A DNA stretch of 64,000 bases from the human T2T-CHM13v2.0 reference genome, Homo sapiens. The notes beneath the pieces are model-generated. The model had not been told where the DNA came from. It saw only the letters and a list, made by a program, of their open reading frames with translations, and searched no databases. Below are positions 1 through 42,705 of this stretch, one piece after another. The stretch lies in the NCBI RefSeq assembly GCF_009914755.1, contig NC_060925.1; one strand, 5' to 3'. The position numbers were made by a program, and so were the translations under genes. Each line of letters starts with the position of its first letter. Position 1 is the stretch's first letter.

Positions 1-999
1 CCTGGGAAAACTTTCTTGCCTTAAATTTGTGAATATATAAAGATTAGGAGGGAGCAGGACAAGGCAGAAATGAAAATGAAAGGTATATGCTGTGGTCAAT
101 ACTGAGGAAGAGGAGACATTTGAGAATTTAAGTTCCCACCTTCTTCTTCCTGGCCCTCCCCCAGGAGATATGAATAGATGGGGAAGCTGCATGTAGCTGC
201 TTTCCAAAAAATGCAAAGAAGGAAACAAGTTAGACTAAAAAGCTCACTGAATTTGGAAGCAGAAGGCAAGGATTCAATATCCACCCGTCCTCTACTTCCT
301 CGATTCTCAAAAGAAGTGGTCTCCTTTTCCAGAGCCATGTGCCATATCATCTGGAGTATGACTCCATAAATCATATCCTTCCAGTGATCTTGTTTTTAGA
401 TTCTACTGGATCTTTCCCACAAACAGAAAGGATGCTCAGCCCAGCACACTGTCTGGCACAAATGCTCAATGCATTTGAGCATTTGAATGAAAGTTTAACT
501 CATTTCTATCCCCCAAATCAAAACCCTCTTTCGGATCTCCATGCTTCTCAAGTGCCTCAAAATTGTGGACCAGTAAACATTGCATTCCCTCAGGTACTTC
601 ACTCTTCAACTCACAGCATTTCCACTTTAGCTCCTCTGGAACTCTCAGGCAAAGATCTCCAATGATTCCTTTATGCCAGACCCCCTGTATTCTTGGCACT
701 TCTCACCTTCCTTGACCTCTCCCATCTCACTGAGACCTGTTCCCTTGGGTTCTGTGCTCTCTGTCCTCCTGCTCCCAGCTCACCGTTGTTCTCCTTTGCT
801 GGCCCTCCCCTTCCGCCCAACCCTCAAACATGAGTGTAAGATTTCCCTCTTAGCCTTCACTCTGTCCCTGGTGGCTTCATCTACTCCTATGGTTGCAACA
901 TTAACTTCCATGATTTAATTCTCCCAATTCTATATCTTTAACCTGGACCTTTCTTCTGAGTTCCAAATACCTACCAGACATCTGTATCTGGATGTATAA

Positions 1000-2240
1000 G
1001 AATCAGTTCATCCATTACACACTCAAAAAATGCTTACTGAGCACCTACCCTGTGCCAAGCACCGTACTAACTCTGGAGATGCAGGGGCAAGCAAGGTGGA
1101 AATGATCTCTGCCTTCCCAGAACTATCTAATGGGAAAGGCAGACAGTGAATGGCTAGGAGTAAAAAGTGATGAGTGCAATGATTAGAGAAATGCCTAGGG
1201 TTCAGAGAGCACTTTTTCTGGTCCCCAGCATTCCCTGAAGGTGTGACTTTGAAGAGCAGTACCTGAATGATAAGGAATTGGGGCAAGGGGAGGTTCCTGG
1301 GGAAGAATTTCAAAAATAATGAAGAACTTGTAAAGCTGTAATAGGTAGTTTGGACTTTATCCTAAAGACAATAAGGAGCCACTGAATCTTCTGAAGCAGA
1401 GAAATGTGCTGATCAGTTGTGGTGTGAAGAACTGGATGGATTAGAGCCCAAGGGGAACTTCACAGTGCTGGGATATTCATGTCTTAAGTTGGATGGTGAG
1501 CCATGAGGCTTTTGTTTCATACTTATGCTTTATACGTTATTCATGTTTTCCTATATTCTTTTGTGAATACCAAATATTTCACAAGCTTGTTTTAAAAATT
1601 AATAGATTGGGGAAGGTGAGGTGGCCAGAGAAATGTGAGGAGGTCACTAAAGCAGAAAACAGTGGTGGCCTGAGTTAGGATATGGCCTGGCTCTGTGTCC
1701 CCATCCAAATCTCATCTCAAATTGTAATCCCCAGGTGTTGAGGAGGGAAGGACCTGGTGGGAGGTGACTGGATTATGGGGGTTCCCCCATAATCTCATCT
1801 GTTCTCATGATAGTGAGTGAGTTCTCATGAGATGTGATGGTTTAAAAGTGTTTGGCTGTTCCCCCCTTTGCTCTGTCTCTCTCCTGCCACCATGTAAGAT
1901 GTGCCTTGCTTCCCCTTAGCCTTCCACCATGATTGTAAGTTTCCTGAAGCCTCCCTGGCCATGCAGAACTATGAGTCAATTAAACTTCTTTTTTTATATA
2001 AATTACCCAGTCTCAGGTATATCTTCATAGCAGTGTGAAAGTGGACTAACACAGATGGTCACAAAGGGTGAAGATTTGGAGATGGTTCTAGAGATACTTA
2101 GGAGGTAGAATCGACTGTACTTGGTGATTAATGGAATATGGAGAGGGAGGAATAAAGAACTCCTAAGTTTCTGGATTACTAATTAGACGGATGGTGAAGC
2201 CATTGATTGAAATAGAGATCAATGGGAAATGGTGAGTAAA
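1000..2240 (-). mobile_element. Old LINE-2 remnant, interrupted by a THE1 LTR
   Basis: L2 3'-end-like text (cattacacactcaaaaaatgcttactgagcacctaccctgtgccaagcac) followed by a purine-rich L2-like body. Confidence 0.6.
1678..2053 (+). mobile_element. Solo MaLR LTR, THE1D-like
   Basis: GATATGG..CTCTGTGTCCCC..CAAATCTCATCTC start and AAATTACCCAGTCTCAGGTAT..GGACTAACACA end. Confidence 0.85.
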
Positions 2241-2290
2241 AATAACAGTCATTGGAGAACAGTTTGGCAGTTTCTTAAAAAGTTAAACAT

Positions 2291-2672
<382 letters not shown>

Positions 2673-4574
2673 TCATACCAATGTTCATTGCAGCACTGTC
2701 CATAATAGCAAAAAACAGGGGAAAATTCCAAATGTCTGTGAACTGGTGAATGGATCAACAAAATGTGGTACATCCATACAATGGAATATGATTTGTCAAT
2801 AAATGACACATGTTACAATACGGAAGAATCTCAAAAACATGTTAAGTGAAAGAAGTCAGACAAAAGATTACACGTTGTGTAGTTCTACTAATATAAAATG
2901 TCCAGGGCAGGCAAGTCTATACATGGAAATAAAATTACTGGTTGCCTGGGGCTGGGGGTGGAAACAGGGAGTGACTGTAAATGGGCACAAGAAATCTTTT
3001 TGGGAGATGGAAATGTTCTAAATTAGATTGCAGTAATGATTTCTCAACTCTGCAAATTTATTCAAAATCATTGAATTGTACACTTAAAATGAGATAATTT
3101 GCTAGTATATAAATTGCACTGCAATAAAGCCGTTAAAAAATAATCATGTCAGTTTCAGCATGATGAATTTGAGATGTTTAGGAGGCCCTCAGAAGGAGAG
3201 GGTTTGGGTAAGCAGGTGGTTATACTACCTGAAGCTTAGGAGAAATTGCTGCACAGGAAATAGAGACTTTTAAGACTCATCCATCAACACAAAGGTTGTA
3301 ATTATAACCATGAGAGAGAAGGGAATTACGCAGGGAATACAGACAAAAAATGAGAACCGAATCAAGGCCAACTCCAACATTCAAGGAATCCAGAAGAAAA
3401 GATAAGCCTATAAAGAAAACTGAGAAGCAGTGAGAGAAACAGAAAGAAAAGCCTGGTGACTATGAATTGACAGAAGCCAAGGGAGGAGGATATTTGGGGA
3501 GGTTAAAGTGGCAAGTGATACTTAATGAGAAGGATCAAAGAGAAAAAAAGCATGGTAGAAAAATCCAGCTGGTTATAGGGCAGCCCAATAACATTGCTGG
3601 GCATAGCTCCAGGGGCTGCAAGCCCTCAGGGTCAAGGCCATACCCAGCACAGCCTGGCAGGGAGAGTGAAGTGCTGATGGAGGGTGTGAAGCTGGATTGA
3701 AGAGCTGAAAGAGTGCAGAAGATTCAGAATTTTTTGCATAAGGCAATGAGGGGATACAAAGAGCCAGGGGATAGAGTTCTGGGATGGGGATGAAGAAGCC
3801 ACAGAGGGCAAAGCCTTCATGACTTGAGAACAAATGGCCAGAACTACAGACTCCAACAGTGGGCATTCATGGCCCTCAAAGATGTGCCTCTGCTTGCCTC
3901 TCCAGGCTTCTTACTGTGTAACCCCACCTTGTAAAATTCAGTTATCCAGCCACATGGAACTGTTCATAGTTTCCCAAACATGACTTTCTCTTTCACACCT
4001 CTTTCTATTTTCCCACACAGCTTCCTGTGCAAAGAATGTTCTACAAACTAGCCCTCCCCTCTCCCCACACACTCCTGAACCCAACTCAATGCTCACTGTT
4101 ATCATTCTTCATTTCCTGGAACATTCCTGCTCATATTTCAACATGGATCAAAATGAACAACTTCCTGGAAGCAGCTCCTGCTGGCCCGTCCCACATGTAG
4201 AATGGGCTACTCCCTTCATTATGCCCCTACTGTAGACTTCCATTAGCGCACTGGTAATGTCTTACACATTTCATTTATTTCCACGTCTTCTTCTTCTAGG
4301 GCATGGAGAGCATTTCAATGGTGTTTTTATTCATAGTACCTGACCAACAGTAAATACCTAACTAAATAAATGTTAGTAGATGATTCCTCCACCCAGCTAC
4401 CATGTGGTATGTACCTCTTTTGCCTTTTTGGGCTGTTTGTGGCCAGGATGCTGGGCTCCACTTTGGTAAAGGTAGACCAGATGGCTATCAGTAGGCATGG
4501 TCCAGAATGTTTTGTCCACACCTGAGACCATTTCTCAGGTTCTTAAAGCCCGCTGCCACTTCTAAGCTTTTCAA

Positions 4575-4644
4575 ATTAAACACAGTTCACCCAGTTAAAT
4601 CCAAATTTCAGATAAACAATGAATGATTAATGGTTTTGTTTTTT

Positions 4645-4678
<34 letters not shown>

Positions 4679-4930
4679 AGATGAGGGTCTTGCTATGTTT
4701 CCCAAGCTGATCTCAAACTCCTAGCCACAAGTGATCCTCTCTTTGGCCTCCCCAGTGGCTGGGATTACAGCCAAGAGCCACCAAACCTGGCTTGAATCAT
4801 GTTTTAGTGTAAGTATGTTCCTTTCAAGACATCTTTCCTTCAATAGTTTAGGAATATTTCTTTCAACAGTTTATCCCATCTTGATAGGTAGACAGCTTAG
4901 ATAGAGGATAGGTAGATAAGATAGATAGAT

Positions 4931-4965
<35 letters not shown>

Positions 4966-5105
4966 GAAGGACAGACAGACAGGCATCCTTAAAATAACTA
5001 TTTGTCATTTATCTGAAATTCAGATTTAACTGTATTTGTCATTTATCTGAAATTCAGATTTAACTGGGCATTCTGTATTTCTATTTGCTAAATCTGGCAA
5101 CCCTA
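4575..5105. mobile_element. MER53-like palindromic hAT MITE, split by an Alu monomer (about 4648-4792, minus) and a GATA repeat
   Basis: Left arm CCCAGTTAAATCCAAATTTCAGATAAACAA and right arm TTTATCTGAAATTCAGATTTAACTGGG..AAATCTGGCAACCCTA are reverse complements. Confidence 0.7.
4899..4982. repeat. (GATA)n/(GACA)n tetranucleotide microsatellite
   Basis: Direct reading: tagatagatagatagata...acagacagac. Confidence 0.95.
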
Positions 5106-6013
5106 TGTCCCACCAGGGGCAAGTGACTTCCTTCTAATGCTGACATCCCTGGAACCTTGAGATGCCCACCTGGCTGGGGCTGTGGTGTCACCCTAGCGTG
5201 CTTCCTGAAAGTTGGGCTGGCCAACCAAGAAAAAACACAAGATGGGCCAAAGCCCTGTGGTGGTCATGCTGAGGTCAGTCCTCTCAGCTGTGTGGGGCTC
5301 TCCCACTGCTCCCCATGCTGCCAATGTTTCAACAGACCTTCCATTGAATAACTTTGTTTAGTTCTTACATGGCCCCCTCTCTCTTCTATGCTCAGATGTG
5401 AATCCACAGGAGCTAGGCAAGAGAGAAAACCTGAAAAACTACAACTACAACATGCTTAGAACTGTCTACTTAGATCATGCCCTTAAAACATAAAAACAAC
5501 AGAATTTTTTTGATTATAAAAAGAACTCTTTGCATCTCCATCTCCACTGGGGGCAGGGATCAGACCATGCTCGTGACCTCGTGAGGGTCTCTTCTTTCCT
5601 AGAAGGCCCTTGGCTCTCCCAGGCAAATAGATTCCAGGTATTCTACCCTCTCAGTCCCCTACCACAAGCTACACGTGCCAGGCAGTAACAGGAAAGCACA
5701 CAGAGGGCAATTTATCCCATGCCTACTTCATTCTCCCAGATCCACGATTCCGTTAGCTAAAAAATAGAATAAATCTGTCCATTGAGATTGACATGAAGGA
5801 TTGACAAATGAGAACTTCTCCCCTCGTTAGACACACACATGAGGGAGGAGAACAGGAGGAAGGGAAGGAGGAGGGAGTCTGTTACTGGACAAAATTGCAT
5901 GAAATGATAGTTCTTTCTATAGACAGGAAAAGATCTTGGCAGCTGTGAGTTCTGAGGAACTGGGGTGAGAATGGGGGTGGGGGTGGCAAGAAAGGGAGAA
6001 TCTTATGCGTTAT

Positions 6014-8258
6014 TGTATTAGTTCATTTTCACACTGCTGATAAAGACATACCTGAAACTGGGAACAAAAGAGGTTTAGCTGGATTACAGTTCCACTTGGC
6101 TGGGGAGGCCTCAGAATCATGGTGGTAGCCACAAGGCACTTCTTACATGGCAGCAGTAAGAGTAAAATGAGAAAGAAGCAAAAGCAGAAACCCCTGATAA
6201 ACCCATCAGATCAAGAGAGTAGCAGGGGAAAGACTGGCCCCCATGATTCAATTACCTCCCCCAGGTACCTCCCCCAACACGTGGGAATTCTGGGAGACAC
6301 AATTCAAGCTGAGATTTGGGTAAGGACACAGTCAAACCATATCATTCCACCCCTGGCCCCTCCAAATCTCATGTCCTCACATTTCAAAACCAATCATGCC
6401 TTCCCAACAGTCCCCCAAAGTTTTAACTCATTTCAGCATTAACCCAAAAGTCCACAGTCTAAAAGTCTCATCGGAGACAAGGCAAGTCCCTTCCGCCTAT
6501 CAGCCTGTAAAATCAAAAGCAAGCTAGTTACTTCTTAGATACAATAGGGGTACAGGTATTGGGTAAATACAGCCATTCCAAATGGGAGAAATTGGCCAAA
6601 ACAAAGGGGTTACAGGGCCCATGCAAGTCTAAAATCCAAAGGGGCAGTCAAACTTTAAAGCTCCAAAATGATCTCCTTTGAATCCAGGTTACACTGATGC
6701 AAAAGGTGGGTTCCCATGGTCTTGGGCAGATCTGCCCCTGTGGCTTTGCAGGGTACAGCCTCCATCCTGGCTGCTTTCATGGGCTGGTATTGAGTGTCTG
6801 CGGCTTTCCAAGCAGATGGCACAAACTGCCAGTGGATCTACCATTCTGGGGTCTGGAGGACATTGGCCTTCCTCTCACAGCTCCACTAGGCAGTGCCCCA
6901 GTAGGGACTCTGTGTTGGGTCTCCAACCCGACATTTCCCTTCCACACTGCCCTAGCAGAGGTTCTCCATGAGGGCCCTGCCCTGCAGAAAACTTTTGCTT
7001 GGGCATCCAGGCATTTCCATACATCTTCTGAAATCTAGGCAGAGGTTCCCAAACTTCAATTCTTGATTTCTGTGCACCATGTGGAAGGCTCAACACCACG
7101 CGGAAGCTTCCAAGGCTTGGGGCTTCCACCCTCTGAAGCTAAAGCCTGAGCTCTAGGCTAGCTCCTTTCAGGCTCCTTTCAGCTGGGACACAGGGCACCA
7201 AGTCCCTAGCCTGCGCATAGCACAGGGACCCTGGGCCCACCCATGAAACCACTTTTTCCTCCTAGGCTCCAGGCCTGTGATGGGAGGGGCTGCCATGAAG
7301 GTCTCTGACATGGCCTGGAGACATTTTCCTCATGGTTTTGGGGATTAACATTTGGCTCCTTGCTACGTATGCAAATTTCAGCAGCTGGCTTGAATTTCTC
7401 CTCAAAAAATGTGTTTTTCTTTTTTACATCATCAGGCTGCAAATTTTCTGAACTTTTATGCTAGTTTTCCCTTTTAACATGGAATGCTTTTAACAGAACC
7501 CAAGTCACCTCTTGAATGCTTTGCTGCTTAGAAATTTCTTCTGCCAGATACCCTAAAAAACCTCTCTCAAGTTCAAAGTTCCACAAATCTCTAGGGCAGG
7601 GGCAAATGCCAACAGTCTCTTTGCTAACACATAACAACAGTTACCTCTGCTCCAGTTCCCAACAAGTTCCTCATCTCTATCTGAGATTACCTCAGTCTGG
7701 ACCTTATTGTTCATATCACTATCAGCATTTTTGTCAAAGCTATTCAACAAGCCTCTAGGAGGTTCTAAACTTTCCCACATTTTCCTGTCTTCTTCTGAGC
7801 CCTCCAAACTGTTCCAACCTCTGCCTGTTACCCAGTTCCAAAGTCACTTCCACATTTTCAGGTATCTTTTCAGCAACAGCCCACTCTACTCGTACCAATT
7901 TACCGTATTAGTTCATTTTAACACTGCTGATAAAGACATACCCGAAACCAGGATCAAAGAGAGGTTTAATTGGACTTACAGTTCCACATGGCTGGGGAGG
8001 CCTCAGAATCATGGCGGGAGGTGAAAGGCACTTCTTACATGGCAGTAGCAAGAGAAAAATGAGGAAGAAGCAAAAGTGGAAACCCCTGATAAACCCATCA
8101 GATCTCGTGAGACTTATTCACTATCAAGAGAATAGCACAGGAAAGACCAGCCTCCATGATTCAATTACCTCCCCCTGGGTCCCTCTCACAACATGTGGAA
8201 ATTGTGGGAGATATAATTCAAGTTGAGATTTGGGTGGGGACACAGCCAGACCCTATCA
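6014..8258 (-). mobile_element. Full-length THE1 (THE1C-like) MaLR: LTR 6014-6344, internal region, LTR 7904-8258
   Basis: Two direct-repeat LTRs (GTATTAGTTCATTTT..ACACTGCTGATAAAGACATACC...GGACACAG.CA.ACC.TATCA) around about 1.55 kb of THE1-int sequence. Confidence 0.93.
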
Positions 8259-9239
8259 ATTCTCATGTAATGCAAAGATCCTCTCCTGTTTCAACGTTGC
8301 AGTGTTATTCTCCCAGGAAAGGCAGAACCTCTGAACACAGTGTTTACCTACTTTTTACTCTGAGGTTTGCCCAACAAGATTTCATTTTCAAATGGGAGCA
8401 CTTGCTTAACAAATCTACTAAATAGTCATGAAAAGCACTACAGCTGCCACCTTCTAAATGACAGGTGTTTCTTTCATGATCAACGTTTTATGCCAAATGC
8501 AAGGAACTTCCCCTCTGGCTGCCCCTCCTCACATTTTTGCCATCTCCTATCAGTCTCCCCAGATCTGGCCCATCCTTCACAGTCCCATTCTTGTTCATTC
8601 AGCCCCTATGTTCTTCTCACTCTGTTGCTTGTGCTTGATTCCATTTATTCTGGTGGGAATGATCAAATCAGAGAGAATTCCTGGCTGGGCTCTAATACTC
8701 ACCTCCAGCAGTGAAAAGCCCATTCTGTGCAGGTAGGCTCCAGGTATCTGCTGAAAGCCTGCTCTGGAATGGGAATGGTCAGTGTATTACAAAGGAGGGT
8801 GCAAGGAGTGGAGTGAACTGTTCACTGTTTTTCTATGGAACTTTAATTCAATCAGGGAATACTTGACTTGAAACAAATGCTAGCTGAAACAGTTGTATTT
8901 CATTTTGTCTTTATTATTTTTTAAAACTTTGTTGACAACCCCAGAAAGAAGATTTGGGGGATGGGATTGATCTGTTCTGACCAGAATGCTGAATCCCAGT
9001 GATTTCCCCAGATTAAACCAGGCTCCAGGAAGACAGCAATTTTCTCATTGCTGCAGTATCTCAAAAACACTAAAACAGCAAGTTTATTGAATGCCTATTT
9101 TGGAGCAAGGCTAGTGGGAAATGGAAAGAGACAAAGATGAAAAAGACATAATCTATGTCCTCCAGGAGTTTACAAGCTAATGAGAGAACCAGCCATGTAA
9201 ATATGGACACAAAGTGGATTAGATGTTTATTATATAATA

Positions 9240-9562
9240 TGGTCAAAGTGTGGTCCCCATGGGTCTCTGAGACCCTCTTGAAGGGTTGAAAGGTCAAAAC
9301 TATTTTCATAATTATACTAAGACATTACCTGACTTTTCCAGAGGCTACAGGATGTATGCTAATGCCACTGCCCTGAATGCTAATGGAATGTATGCTTATG
9401 TATTCTTGAGCTTTAGAAAAAAATCCTCAGTCTTAATTTCTAATGCATAAATTGCAATAGCAATATCAATAGGTAAAACCTACACAGGCAAAAGTTCTTT
9501 GAGGTCCTTGGAAATTATTAAGAGTATACAAGGGTCCTGAGACCAAAAATTTGAGAACTGGT
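9240..9562. mobile_element. hAT-Charlie-type DNA transposon remnant
   Basis: CAAAGTGTGGTCCC start and GAGACCAAAAATTTGAGAACTG end resemble Charlie termini; subfamily uncertain. Confidence 0.5.
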
Positions 9563-11399
9563 AAGATTTAATGCATCAACTACCATTACACAGTGTCCTT
9601 GTTTCTCATCAATGCATTTTATATAGCAATTATTTTATCTAATCCCATGAAACTCACTTTATTGGATGCTTTTGCCATATCCTTATTTTCTAGCATCGTA
9701 GCTATTAGGTCATCTAATTATTAATCTGTTTGTGTCTTTGGGTTTAAATGTGTCTTTTGAGGCCACACAATGTTGGACTTCATTTTTTAATGGAGCCAAC
9801 AATCAGCAATTGTTAATGCATTTGCTTTGTGTTCTATTACTCTGCAGTTTATCTTACTCATTGTTATTTTTGCTTTCTTTAAATTTATGTTTTCTTAATG
9901 GACTTTAAAATTCTTTATTTATTTTTTATGTCAGACAATAAACATCCCTAGTCTGCCCATCTTTCTATCATTTCAACATCATCATATTTCCAAATAACTT
10001 TTCATTGTTTCCTATAATTTTACTATTAATAGTATAGGATTAAGAAAATAAACCTTATCTGGGTTCTGGCTGGCACTGCCTTCCCTCTAGGGATGAAAAT
10101 GGAGTGTAGTCTGTAATATATCCTGGTATCATAAATATATTTATAAAATTATACAAATGTAGCTTGCAGTTCTAAAGGCATGTAATCTAATTTTTACTTG
10201 AATTTTATCTTTTTTCTCTTTTTGTCCTTCATAGACCTCGAGCTCTGTCTAGCCCTCAACTGTTCTCAAATCTCCATTGTTTTCTACAAGTGACCCTCAC
10301 AGCTGTGGGCCTTTGTTGACAAATTGTTTCATCTCCTCTGGGTCTTAAATTATTTTCTCTTACTCTAAAGTGAAAATTTGATGAATGTTTCCAGATACTG
10401 CACTTGGAATCATAACTTAATTTCCCTTAACCTTGTGTAAATTCTGTCCCCCCACTACTCCCAACTCCTATCCCTCCTCCAAAGCACTGATACTTATTAT
10501 CACATTTAAATTTTTTCCCCGCTCTACTGATAACTTACAGAATGCAGGACTGCATTGTGATGGGGTAATTTCCATGAGTTGATTGGTTGGTTTTGAGTTG
10601 AAAAACTTAACAATGATACATCTTAAATTCTTTCTTTGAGGATTATTCCTTAATGAATTCGTGCTACGGACATACTGAGGTGGTTATTTTTATATTTCCC
10701 TGATAATAAATTCTAAATTGCTAAGGGTTTCTTACCACCCTCGTCCTTTTACTGTTACTAGATCTATTTTTAGCTGGTGTGGGCGTCCCCAGCTAGTTTC
10801 ACTTGCCTAATGCTAGTTCTTTTTTCTTCTACATCAGGTCGCCTCTTCCTAGCATCTTCTCCATGTTTCTTGTTGCTCTACAGCATTTACAAGACCCAGT
10901 TTAATAGTTTAGTGCCTTTTTTGTCACTCATTATTTCTTCTTTGTTCTCTGTTAAAATAATAAGTGTATGATCCATTGCACTTGCCTTAGAGTCTTGAAC
11001 CAGTCTTGGATTTCCCGCCATCTGGGTTCTGGCTGGCTTGCAATTTCTCCTTTGATGTTGTAATACTTTTTCATTGAACTTGAGTGTGGGGCTTATAGAG
11101 CTTCTTTGCTTTCATTATTTTTTCCCAAAATGTGCACATTTTTTTTCTTAAGCTTATTTTGCTGTTTTGTGCTGTTATTTTTAATTGCTTCCCACTGGGT
11201 GGGGGGGTAGGGGGACTGAGAGTGAGATTTGGCTTGAGTTTGGCTCTCTTTGCTATTACTCACATTTCCCCCCAGAAGCCCTACATGCACTCCTCTCTCT
11301 CTGTCTTTGACAAATTACTTTTGAAAGATCATTGATCCCTGGCGTAAATGGTGTTAAGAGTAAGATGGACTCGGGTAGGGATGCTCAGGAATCCAGTCC

Positions 11400-11689
11400 T
11401 GTACAGTCATGAGCTTGGCCATCTGGAAGTCTCCTCTTGCTCAATGAAATGGAGTAAACATTGTCCATTATGAAATCCACCACACAGGCTGCCAGGGACG
11501 AATGGGATCCCACCCAAAGCCAATCGCTGCTCTGACAGGGAAATTGGCTAGCACTGCCTGAGACTACTCCAGCCTCCCCCGTCCCTGATGTCACAATTCA
11601 GAGGCTGCTGCCTGCTTAGGAGGTTGTAGAAAGCTCTGTAGGTTCTCTCTGTGTGTCCTACAGGAGTCTTCAGGCCAGCTCCCTGTCGG
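11400..11689 (+). promoter_or_regulatory. HSD11B1: HSD11B1 proximal (P2) TATA-less promoter and 5' UTR; includes an internal splice acceptor at 11663 for transcripts from the distal promoter outside the window
   Basis: C/EBP-like TTGCTCAAT 11437-11445, forkhead GTAAACA 11454-11460, CCAAT 11520-11524, inverted ATTGG 11543-11547, CRE-like TGATGTCA 11586-11593, and a pyrimidine-rich acceptor ctctctgtgtgtcctacag|G at 11663/11664. C/EBP control of P2 is established knowledge; a TSS near 11593 is recalled, not measured. Confidence 0.8.
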
Positions 11690-41279
<29,590 letters not shown>

Positions 41280-41533
41280 GAACTCCCTGAGGGCTGGGCA
41301 TGCTGAGGGATTTTGGGACTGTTCTGTCTCATGTTTATCTGAGCTCTTATCTATGAAGACATCTTCCCAGAGTGTCCCCAGAGACATGCAAGTCATGGGT
41401 CACACCTGACAAATGGAAGGAGTTCCTCTAACATTTGCAAAATGGAAATGTAATAATAATGAATGTCATGCACCGCTGCAGCCAGCAGTTGTAAAATTGT
41501 TAGTAAACATAGGTATAATTACCAGATAGTTAT

Positions 41534-41673
41534 ATTAAATTTATATCTTATATATAATAATATGTGATGATTAATACAATATTAATTATAATAAAGGTCA
41601 CATAAACTTTATAAATTCATAACTGGTAGCTATAACTTGAGCTTATTCAGGATGGTTTCTTTAAAACCATAAA
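41534..41673 (+). terminator. HSD11B1: HSD11B1 3' UTR polyadenylation signals
   Basis: ATTAAA 41534-41539, AATAAA 41590-41595 and variant CATAAA 41668-41673, followed by a GT/T-rich tract near 41700-41720. Confidence 0.7.
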
Positions 41674-42408
41674 CTGTACAAATGAAATTTTTCAATATTT
41701 GTTTCTTATTTTGTGGTCTGAACTCTTTATCTCTTCCTGAGTGGAAGAAATCACCCTAATCTTTGTTTGGTGGGGAATATTGTGTCTTTACCTTTTCTGT
41801 GTATTTCTGATATTCTTCATATTATTGCATATTGCTCCTCTGGGAAAGAAGACACCTAGGCATAAGGAACTAGGGCAAACCCAGGAAAATGGAGGTCCCA
41901 GAAACTTGAGCCACAGACCCAATGCCCATTTACTGCTCTCAGAGGACATCAAGCATCTGTACTTTACATGTGAACACTAAACTCTGCATTGGAAGTTTGG
42001 AGAGGGGGAGTTGGAGTTCAAATCCTGCCACTCACTCATTTAGACATTTACTCATTCAACAAATATTTAGTAAGCACTTATTAGGCATCACCTAACTATG
42101 ATTAAATGGGAAACAAAACATCAGCATGATGAACAACTCAGCAAAGCCCTATATTGATCAGGGCCCAAGAAGTAAGAGATGACACCCTCAAATTGGGTAA
42201 TTTTAGTAGCATTTAATAAAAAAAGGGGCAAGGCACAGGGAAATCACAAAAGATAGTGATATCTCAGGGTTAGTTGCAGCTGTTTCCATCGTAAGGCCCA
42301 CAGGGACAAGAGAAGAGACCTGTTACCAAAACCTCAAGATGTGAAGACCTGTATGGAGAGCACCACATGGCAGGAGCTGTAACATTTAGTTAAGAGATGC
42401 AGCCAACC

Positions 42409-42705
<297 letters not shown>

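Noticed and set aside
6119-8425. Cluster of 70-113 aa ORFs
   Set aside because: All lie in THE1 LTR or internal sequence and are typical MaLR-derived spurious ORFs.
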